Assembly (NCBI GenBank): GCA_963825135.1
Contig: CAWGRW010000005.1
Span: forward strand, 1-10,925
DNA length: 10,925 nucleotides
Reading direction: 5' to 3'
Origin: an uncultured bacterium
GTDB lineage: Bacteria; Desulfobacterota_D; UBA1144; Nemesobacterales; UBA2774
A program made the translations under genes and the position numbers. Below the pieces are notes generated by a model, which did not search any database, had not been told where the DNA came from, and saw nothing but the letters and a program-made list of their open reading frames with translations. How positions within the stretch are numbered: the stretch's first letter is position 1; each line of letters begins with the position of its first letter. Below, piece after piece: positions 1 through 7,033 of the stretch.

Positions 1-135
1 ATCTCTCCGGGATGGGTTTATGCTGAGCGCTGTGTAACCGCCGCCGCGGAGCTTCTCCATTGAACGCCTGAAGAATTCCGGGCTGAAAGATAATACAGAA
101 CGGCTGTCGGCCATGCTATGAAAGGTCAGAACCAT
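1..135 (-). CDS. Polysaccharide deacetylase family (NodB/CE4-like) protein, N-terminal part only; runs off the window edge
   Basis: Not in the ORF track. Manual minus-strand translation from the ATG at 135 gives MVLTFHSMADSRSVLSFSPEFFRRSMEKLRGGGYTALSINPSRRD, open to position 1. This matches the 'vLtYHsi...s.vsp..F..qm..L...Gy..ls' N-terminus of polysaccharide deacetylases. The catalytic TFDDG motif is not in the window. An alternative in-frame GTG lies at 168. Confidence 0.65.
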   Translation of the reverse strand, partial: MVLTFHSMADSRSVLSFSPEFFRRSMEKLRGGGYTALSINPSRRD

Positions 136-300
136 TATGTAATCAGCTATACGTATTTCACATCCCACCGTTAATTTGATCAGACAGTGGTAACTAGCAG
201 AGTGTTGATAAAGACAATAATTAAAAGAACACTACGACAATTGATAGCAGATAGCTGGCCTTTGATCGTGGACACGACTGGGTATGACTGATCACCCGCT

Positions 301-1884
301 CTAATCACCGCTTTTTTTAAGTATGTGGAGCGGAAGTATCTTTGCGGACTTTGTAGCATAAGGCTCCCTCCTCACAACCCGGAGGGTATTGCCTTCCCGC
401 CACTTTCCAGCCATTATGTCCCCGCCCGGATAAGATACGAGTGTTTTAATCACAGTATCGACAACCGCTCCCTCGTCCACCTGTCTCACCCGCGGGCTTA
501 TTACAATGCTTACCTTGGGCAGGCCGTCCACTTCTTGCTCCACAAACTGATAGTCCGTGGGGTTGCCTCCGAAGCGGCCGGGCAACACTTCCTCTAGGAG
601 TCTGTGCAGCTCAGTCCCGAGAAAGCTCACGCCCTCGCTCGTCAGCTTGTCGTAGCTCCTGATATCGTAGAGGTGCGTGGTATAGCCAAGCGCGCCGATG
701 CCGCAGCCGCACTCCCTCTCCTCCAAGATCCCGTAGTCGTCGCTCTCTACGTTCAGCATAAGCTTCGGACAGAGCGGCAGCACCGTCGTATAAAACAGCG
801 CGCCCACAATCCGCCCGTCGGCTCCGATCTGTTTCGGCCACTGTACTACGGCTATTTTATCGGTGAGAAGGTGGACCTCATCGAGATGCTGGGGAGAAGC
901 ACATGCGAGCCCTATCGTGCCGATCTCGGTCATAGAATAGTGACAATACGCTTCACATCCGGCCTCGTTTATTATCCTTGCCTTAGCTTCTGTGTAGGGC
1001 TCTCCGCCGAAGCGAAAGAATGTCCCGGAGATATCGATCCCCGTCTCCATAGCTGCAAGGCATAACCTCACGCCCGAGCTTACATTCGTATCCATCACTG
1101 CAGGCGTTCCGTCCCTCTTCTTTCTCCCGAGCCACTCCGCGATTATCCGGGCGCTGGCGAGGGGCACATATTCCGGAGATGGCAGCGGGTTGGCGAATAC
1201 CCTGCTCGCGAGGATGCTGTATTCCGTGAAGATGTAGAATTTGAGGTTTTTGAGGCTGAATGATAACTGGCTCTGTGAGAACCACTTCTCGACCGGCATT
1301 CCGAGCTTCGCCAATCGCAACACAAGCTTCATGCCGGCCGCGACTGGGGGAATCTCACGCCAGGCTCCGCGCGGTTTGCCGGCAAGGCCGAAAGCATGGA
1401 GGTACTCGCTGAAGTAAGCGGCCTCATGAGTCAGGAGATCGAGGTCGATGATAATTCTCGTACCGGCGCTCCTCGAACCGCTGCTCCTCGCCTCATAGAA
1501 TCTCGCGAGAAAGGGGTTGTCGAAATCGGAAGGCTCGGTCGCAAACTCGAGGCCGGAACGTCGGACAGGCTTCCTGCCTTTGAATTCATCTAGCGTTAAA
1601 TAAACGCCCTCTTTATACAGACCTGACAGCGCTCCCTCGACCCCGTGACGCCGCACCTGCTCCACGACATCCCCGAACTCGGCACCCGCGCGGGCGAGCA
1701 ACCTCGCGTACGGGCTTTTGGGATTATCGTAAATACCTGATTTCAGTATTTGAAGGAAAGACTCCTCCCTCCTCTCGAGCTGCGCAGTCAGCATGGTCCG
1801 GCAATCGGCTGGAGTCAGGGTGCTGCGGAAAAAATCCCGCAATCCCCACGCATACCTCCCGAATATTTTCAGATCATCGAGCAT
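301..1884 (-). CDS. Divergent phenylacetate-CoA ligase/CapK-like adenylate-forming (ANL superfamily) protein, 527 aa
   Basis: Motifs: P-loop-like SSGSRSAG (cf. TSGSTG), FGGEPY, HYSMTEIG (cf. YGxTE), VESDDYG (cf. YxTGD), ECGCG (cf. PaaK CxCG), IRSYDKL (cf. GRxDD) and C-terminal TKSAKIL (cf. TxSGK catalytic Lys). Substrate unknown. Confidence 0.7.
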   Translation of the reverse strand: MLDDLKIFGRYAWGLRDFFRSTLTPADCRTMLTAQLERREESFLQILKSGIYDNPKSPYARLLARAGAEFGDVVEQVRRHGVEGALSGLYKEGVYLTLDEFKGRKPVRRSGLEFATEPSDFDNPFLARFYEARSSGSRSAGTRIIIDLDLLTHEAAYFSEYLHAFGLAGKPRGAWREIPPVAAGMKLVLRLAKLGMPVEKWFSQSQLSFSLKNLKFYIFTEYSILASRVFANPLPSPEYVPLASARIIAEWLGRKKRDGTPAVMDTNVSSGVRLCLAAMETGIDISGTFFRFGGEPYTEAKARIINEAGCEAYCHYSMTEIGTIGLACASPQHLDEVHLLTDKIAVVQWPKQIGADGRIVGALFYTTVLPLCPKLMLNVESDDYGILEERECGCGIGALGYTTHLYDIRSYDKLTSEGVSFLGTELHRLLEEVLPGRFGGNPTDYQFVEQEVDGLPKVSIVISPRVRQVDEGAVVDTVIKTLVSYPGGDIMAGKWREGNTLRVVRREPYATKSAKILPLHILKKSGD

Positions 1885-1989
1885 AAATAATATCCATAAC
1901 CATTAGGGAATACGAATACGAAAACTGATATATAATTCCGATATTTACTTCCTCGGCTTTCCGCGCGGCCTCTTCAAAACCCTAATCTC

Positions 1990-2060
1990 TATCAGGGCCC
2001 GAGCGGGTTGCCGCCCGCCTCATCGGGAGAGCGGCGGAATTGTAGACTCTGACCCTGATA
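1990..2060 (-). other. Long imperfect intergenic RNA hairpin downstream of the dioxygenase gene
   Basis: TATCAGGG (1990-1997) and CCCTGATA (2053-2060) are a perfect inverted repeat. On the minus-strand transcript the outer stem extends to 15 positions with two G-U pairs and one mismatch. An inner imperfect stem is CCGCCGCUCUC/GAGGCGGGCGG. Confidence 0.6.
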
Positions 2061-2073
2061 CAAGACCGAACCT

Positions 2074-3057
2074 TTATTCCATATACTCTTTTTCAAGCAG
2101 CATCCTTCTCAGGCGCGAGTCACCCGCCCTGACCGGATACCTCATATGCTTCAAGATAATATCGCCGAAGTCGGTCCTGCACGTCGACATATAGGCGAAC
2201 ATCATTAGATAGCGCGGCTTGACGGCATTCCGGCTCCCATAATGAAAACACGCGCTGTTGTCGAGGAAAAGCACGGTGCCTGCGGGGCAGCAAAGCCTTA
2301 TCAATTCGCTTTCGGGAACGACCGAATACATTTTCTCGTCCGTTACACGGTGACCGCCTTTTCTTGTGTGGTAATTCCCGAGCCCTCCGCAGGCCTTCTC
2401 CGATACGGACTCGGGCAAAAAACAGAAAGGCCCCATCTCCATCGTCACATCCCTCAGCGTGACTATCGCATACGCCATCGGCTTATCGTGAAAGTCCAGA
2501 TGAAAGAGCTGACTCACCCTGAGCGGGGAGTCGGGATCGTTATCGAACCGGTTCCATGATTCAACCAGCCTCGCGCCGCAGGGCAGTGAGTATGACAGCA
2601 TAGGGATAAAAGCCAGGTAATTGCATATTGTCGAAAGGACATCCGAGGATGTTGCGAAATTAAGGATGGCAGGGTATCTCGTGAAATGCTCATCCGTTAT
2701 CAGCTCTTGAAAAAAGGGCCTTCCGAAATCATGACGCTTCACGCCGCCACGTTCCTTTATTATCTCGTCCGATTCGGAAAGCAGCTCTTTGAGATAAGGG
2801 AGCTTCCCGGAGGTATCGATAACCCACCCGTCCTTGATCTCGTTGACGGGAGCGGCCGGCTTACCGTTCTCCTCGATGAGATTATCGAAATTCTCTCTAT
2901 ACTGCTTAATCCTGTACTCTTGATATTTGCCGAACCAGAGCTTGTTGTAAGCCCTCGCGATTCCGGTCGTGGTATTTACGCCGAGCGCCTGCATGGAATT
3001 CTTTTCGAGCAGCGAAGCTGCGGGCTTGATTATTCTGTCTATTGTTTTCCCGATCAT
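2074..3057 (-). CDS. PhyH-like Fe(II)/2-oxoglutarate-dependent dioxygenase, 327 aa
   Basis: SQLFHLD (HxD), DVTMEMGPFCFLP, AGTVLFLDN, distal FHYG His, and a downstream Arg (KPRYLMM) positioned to bind 2OG. GGAG lies upstream of the ATG. Confidence 0.8.
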   Translation of the reverse strand: MIGKTIDRIIKPAASLLEKNSMQALGVNTTTGIARAYNKLWFGKYQEYRIKQYRENFDNLIEENGKPAAPVNEIKDGWVIDTSGKLPYLKELLSESDEIIKERGGVKRHDFGRPFFQELITDEHFTRYPAILNFATSSDVLSTICNYLAFIPMLSYSLPCGARLVESWNRFDNDPDSPLRVSQLFHLDFHDKPMAYAIVTLRDVTMEMGPFCFLPESVSEKACGGLGNYHTRKGGHRVTDEKMYSVVPESELIRLCCPAGTVLFLDNSACFHYGSRNAVKPRYLMMFAYMSTCRTDFGDIILKHMRYPVRAGDSRLRRMLLEKEYME

Positions 3058-3092
3058 TCTATTCCGCTCCGTCCGGAAGATTTATCCCGCCA

Positions 3093-4568
3093 TCAGATAC
3101 CCATGGAGACGACCTTGGTCTCGAGGAATTCCTCAAGACCAAGCCTGCCGCCCTCTTTCCCGATACCGCTGTGCTTCACCCCGCCGAAGGGGATATGCAC
3201 GGCCCCGAGGCGGGCGTTGTTTATACCGACAAGTCCGTACTCGAGCCCCTCCGACATCGTTTTCGCCCGTCCCGCATCGCGCGTGTAGAAAAAAGCCGCA
3301 AGACCGTAAGGAGAACCGTTTGCTCGCGACAGGACTTCGTCGTCGGAGCTAAATGTAGCTATGGGAGCCACCGGCCCGAACGTCTCTTCCTGCATTATGA
3401 GCATATCATGGGTTACACGCGTTAGAACCGTGGGCTCGAAGAATAGACCTCTTGCGAGACCCCCGTCCGTGAGCCTGCGTCCGCCCGTCAAGAGCTCCGC
3501 TCCTCGGGACAGGGCATCCCCGACATGCGCTTCCACCTTCTCCATTCCCTCTTCGTCTATCAGCGGGCCGACGTCCACAGTCTCATCGAGGGGGTTGCCC
3601 GTTCTGAGCCCCTTTACCAGCTCAACAAACTTCGCCGTGAACCCCTCGGAGACGGACTCGTGCACGTAGATACGGTTAAGGGCGACGCAGGTCTGCCCCG
3701 AGTTCTGGAATTTCGATGCGACGGCGTGCGAAGCTGCAAGCTCTATGTCCGCGTCCCCGAACACTATGAAAGGGGCGTGCCCGCCCAATTCGAGCGTGAT
3801 CCTCTTTAAATCACCGGACGCCCCGCGCATGATTTTCTTCCCAACCTCCACGGAGCCCGTAAAGCTTACCTTCCTGACCTTGGGGTTCCCGAGCATCTCC
3901 TTCCCGACCGCGCCGGGGCGGAGTGTGGTAACGAGGTTCGCGGCGCCGGGCGGGATCCCAGCCTCCTCGAACAGCTCGAATATGGCGATAGCCGAAAGGG
4001 GCGTCTGCTCGGGGGGTTTTACGACAACCGTACATCCGGCTGCCAGGGCGGGTATTACCGGCCTTGTGATCCCCGCCGAGGGATAGTTCCAGATGCTAAT
4101 GATCCCCGCAACTCCCACGGGCTGCCTGATCGTATAAAAACGCCTGTCTGGGAGCGGCGGGGTGAATATTTCACCCGACACGCGCTTGCACTCCCCGGCG
4201 AAGTATTTTATAAACTCCGCGGAATACCCGATCTCGGCGCGGGATTCCCTTATCGGCTTCCCCTCCTCGACGGCTATCAGACGGGCGAGCTCCTCGCTCC
4301 GCGAGATCATCAGGTCCCTTACCCTGAGAAGCAGGTCTGAGCGTTCACCCGCAGTGAGCTTCGACCACAGAGGGAAGGCCTCGTATGCGGCGTCTACCGC
4401 TGTCCCAGTATCTAGGGCGTCTCCGTCGGACACGGAAGCAACCGCTTCGCCCGTCGCGGGGTTTCTCACGACGAAGTACTTTCCGGAGCGGGCCTCGACC
4501 CATTTCCCGCCGATGTACATCCTGTTCTTCTCAGGTTTTCTCTCTCCGATCCTTTCCCCGCATGGCAT
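3093..4568 (-). CDS. NAD(P)-dependent aldehyde dehydrogenase, succinate-semialdehyde dehydrogenase (GabD)-like, 491 aa
   Basis: Motifs WNYP, VVKPPEQTP, SFTGSVEVGK, TLELGG (catalytic Glu), NSGQTCVA (catalytic Cys), EETFGP and PFGGVKHSGIGKEG. AAGGAG lies upstream of the start. Confidence 0.93.
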   Translation of the reverse strand: MPCGERIGERKPEKNRMYIGGKWVEARSGKYFVVRNPATGEAVASVSDGDALDTGTAVDAAYEAFPLWSKLTAGERSDLLLRVRDLMISRSEELARLIAVEEGKPIRESRAEIGYSAEFIKYFAGECKRVSGEIFTPPLPDRRFYTIRQPVGVAGIISIWNYPSAGITRPVIPALAAGCTVVVKPPEQTPLSAIAIFELFEEAGIPPGAANLVTTLRPGAVGKEMLGNPKVRKVSFTGSVEVGKKIMRGASGDLKRITLELGGHAPFIVFGDADIELAASHAVASKFQNSGQTCVALNRIYVHESVSEGFTAKFVELVKGLRTGNPLDETVDVGPLIDEEGMEKVEAHVGDALSRGAELLTGGRRLTDGGLARGLFFEPTVLTRVTHDMLIMQEETFGPVAPIATFSSDDEVLSRANGSPYGLAAFFYTRDAGRAKTMSEGLEYGLVGINNARLGAVHIPFGGVKHSGIGKEGGRLGLEEFLETKVVSMGI

Positions 4569-4595
4569 CCGCCTGAATACTCCTTACAAAAATTC

Positions 4596-4994
4596 TCAGG
4601 ATTCGAGTATCTCTTTTAAAATCACGAGCTCCCGCTCTACGTTCGACACGAGCTTCTCGAACAGTCCCGGAGGGGCGTTCTCGGGTTCCGACTGAGTAAA
4701 ATAATAGGCAACCCCCCGGCCTCGATCAAGCTCCACGAGACGCGACGAGGACTTTTGATAATGACCTCCCCTTCCGAAGTAGAAATCGATACGGCCCTCT
4801 TCCCCGGCCGTCCTGACAAAGAGGTCGATCACTCCCCGGGGCGTCTTTACGCGGTAAATGTCGCCTTCTTTTTCGGGCGTCTCCAACGCGAAATCCACAG
4901 TCCAGAGGTGGAGGTTCCCGGGACTGGTGATAAAATCCCACGCCCTGTCGAAGGAGGCCTCGATAGTTATGCTCAGGGTTTCCGATCTATTCAT
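4596..4994 (-). CDS. Small SRPBCC/polyketide cyclase-like (START/Bet v1 fold) protein, 132 aa
   Basis: Start reassigned from 5285 to the ATG at 4994. This removes the overlap with the AKR gene and places GGAAGAGGG upstream. The sequence SETLSITIEASFDRAWDFITSPGNLHLW and the C-terminal helix VERELVILKEILES are typical of SRPBCC proteins. Confidence 0.7.
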   Translation of the reverse strand: MNRSETLSITIEASFDRAWDFITSPGNLHLWTVDFALETPEKEGDIYRVKTPRGVIDLFVRTAGEEGRIDFYFGRGGHYQKSSSRLVELDRGRGVAYYFTQSEPENAPPGLFEKLVSNVERELVILKEILES

Positions 4995-5055
4995 TTTCCC
5001 TCTTCCGCTAATACATTTTATTATCCAGGGCGGGTGTGTGCGCGCTGCATCAAAA

Positions 5056-5943
5056 CTATACACCGCCGCCGGAGCGCCGTACATCACCTTGCCGATGTGC
5101 GCCGAGTACGGCATGCGCATTCTGCCGGAGGTGTTCGACATTCGTAGTCCCCGTGAGCACCGTTGACACCGCGGGGTGAGACACGGCGAACCCGTAAGCC
5201 CGGGCCTGACGCGAAAATTCCTGCCCATTCGGCCGATCTCGTCCAGGCATAAGGTTTCCGACATCATTTTGTAATAAGGCGGCACTTCTCGCCGCAGCCA
5301 TGCATATCACTCCGACTTTCTTCTCCCCGGCCGTACGCAAGACGCCATTTCCCGGGGCGGGGCACGCCGGGTTCAAGGCAACCATGACCGTGTCGAAAAT
5401 GTCGTCGGAAAGTGCAATAGTCAGCATCTCATGTGCCCGGTCCCTGATGCTCGACTCCGTTATGCCTAAAAAACGGAACTTTCCCTCATCCCTGAGCTTT
5501 TCGAGGGTCGGCATAAGGGAATCCACGACCGCGCGGTAGGTATCAGGCAGCACGGCATGGAATTGAAGTATATCTACCGTATCAACACGGAGCTTTTTCA
5601 GACTCCGCTCGAGCGATCCGACGGTCTCCCGAGGTCCTGAAATCCTGCCCTGTGCAACCGGATGAATTTTGGTAGCAATTATGAATTTCTCACGCGGGAT
5701 GTTCCTCAACGCCTCCCCAAGCACCGCTTCGCTCTCGCCGTAAGATGGGGCGGTATCGAAAAGATTTATGCCTATATCGAGGGCGTTCCGGATAAGATCG
5801 ACGATATGCTGAGGGAGCCTGAAGCTTCTCTGGCCCAACCCGTTTACGCCACCGGAGCCGAGCGAAAGAGCTGAAACCATGAGCCCCGTCCGTCCCAATT
5901 CTCTGTATTGCATAGGAGGAATCTCTCTCCGCATTACGGCCAT
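5056..5943 (-). CDS. Aldo/keto reductase, 295 aa (start may be 5913, MQYRELG)
   Basis: YRELGRTGLMVSALSLG N-terminus; catalytic tetrad in FDTAPSYGESE (Asp, Tyr), IIATK (Lys) and DILQFH (His); also GKFRFLGIT and STVLTGTTNVEHLRQN. Confidence 0.92.
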   Translation of the reverse strand: MAVMRREIPPMQYRELGRTGLMVSALSLGSGGVNGLGQRSFRLPQHIVDLIRNALDIGINLFDTAPSYGESEAVLGEALRNIPREKFIIATKIHPVAQGRISGPRETVGSLERSLKKLRVDTVDILQFHAVLPDTYRAVVDSLMPTLEKLRDEGKFRFLGITESSIRDRAHEMLTIALSDDIFDTVMVALNPACPAPGNGVLRTAGEKKVGVICMAAARSAALLQNDVGNLMPGRDRPNGQEFSRQARAYGFAVSHPAVSTVLTGTTNVEHLRQNAHAVLGAHRQGDVRRSGGGV

Positions 5944-5956
5944 ACCTTTTTATCAG

Positions 5957-6982
5957 TTATATGAGATCTCTTAGTTTTTTCCTAACTCTGAAACCCGGTA
6001 TTACCTCTCTTGCAAATAGCTCGGTAGACCTGAGGCAGAGCGCGTGGCTCTGGGTAATAAAGTTAAGCGAGCAGAGGAGGCTGCCGATTTCCAGCCTTGA
6101 TGCAAGCTCTCCGATGCCCCGGGTCACGGTATCCGGGGAGCCGAACAGGCAGAAGTCCTCTGAAAACCGGGCGAAGCTGAAATTCCCCTCACCGCCGTAC
6201 TTAGACACGAGAGCAGCTTTCAGATCTGGTGCGCGGAACTCGATGAATTCCATGAACGGTCCTTCCATTTCCAGCCGCGCTTTTTCGTCCGTATCCGAAA
6301 CGTAAACGAAACGGTTTACTATGAACTCGGGCGTGCTGCCGCCGGAAGCTTTCGTATCGAGATTGCCGAAGTACATCCCGGCCCTTTTCTTGAGCTCGCG
6401 CGGCGTCCGTGTGGCCCCGTTTACTGCGGAATAGCCTTTCCGGGCGGCCAAAACAAGCGTCTCTTCCGATACGGCGACGAGCGATACCGGTGGATGGGGC
6501 TTTTGAAGCGGCTTCGGATACACCGAGACCTCGGGGATACGGTGGAATTTCCCTTCATACGAGAATCGTTCCTCGGTCCAGGCTTTAATTATTATGTCGA
6601 TCGCTTCCACGAACCTTTCCCTCGTCTCGTCGAGCGGCGAGTGAAACGCCAGGTGACACTCCTCATCGAGGCTCGCCCGCGCAGCACCGAAGTCGAGGCG
6701 CCCCCCGCTCAATATGTCCAGGGTCGCCGTGTCCTCGGCGAGATGTATCGGGTGGTCGAGGGACAGTATCCGGGCCGCGGTACCGATGCGTATCCTTTTG
6801 GTCCTCGCGGCAAGCGCGGCGGCAAGGCTCAAGGGGGAGGAGTATAGGAGGTCGCCGTGCCTGAAATGCCTTTCCCCGAGAACTACCGAATCGAAACCCA
6901 GCTCTTCCGCATAGACCATCTGGTCGAGGATTTCTCGATAACTTCCGTCACGCGTGCCCATGATGAATAAGCCGAATTTCAT
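5957..6982 (-). CDS. Luciferase-like monooxygenase (LLM class flavin-dependent oxidoreductase), copy 2, 341 aa
   Basis: Motifs MKFGLF, AEELGFDSVVLGERHF, AARTKRIRIGTA, AEDTATLDILSGGRLDFG, VYPKPLQKPHPP and FGSPDTV. GGGGGAAGGG lies upstream of the ATG. Confidence 0.93.
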   Translation of the reverse strand: MKFGLFIMGTRDGSYREILDQMVYAEELGFDSVVLGERHFRHGDLLYSSPLSLAAALAARTKRIRIGTAARILSLDHPIHLAEDTATLDILSGGRLDFGAARASLDEECHLAFHSPLDETRERFVEAIDIIIKAWTEERFSYEGKFHRIPEVSVYPKPLQKPHPPVSLVAVSEETLVLAARKGYSAVNGATRTPRELKKRAGMYFGNLDTKASGGSTPEFIVNRFVYVSDTDEKARLEMEGPFMEFIEFRAPDLKAALVSKYGGEGNFSFARFSEDFCLFGSPDTVTRGIGELASRLEIGSLLCSLNFITQSHALCLRSTELFAREVIPGFRVRKKLRDLI

Positions 6983-7033
6983 TTACAGTCCCTTCCCCCG
7001 TCTTTTCATATCACCGATACAAGCACTCTAGGT

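Noticed and set aside
1908..1922. GAATAC-GAATAC-GAA short tandem repeat upstream of the ligase
   Set aside because: Only 2.5 copies of a hexamer, which is too short to distinguish from chance or call an operator.
4995..5285. N-terminal 97 aa of the 229-aa ORF 4596..5285
   Set aside because: It largely overlaps the AKR gene in another frame and has no recognisable motif. The SRPBCC-like sequence and a good RBS begin at 4994.
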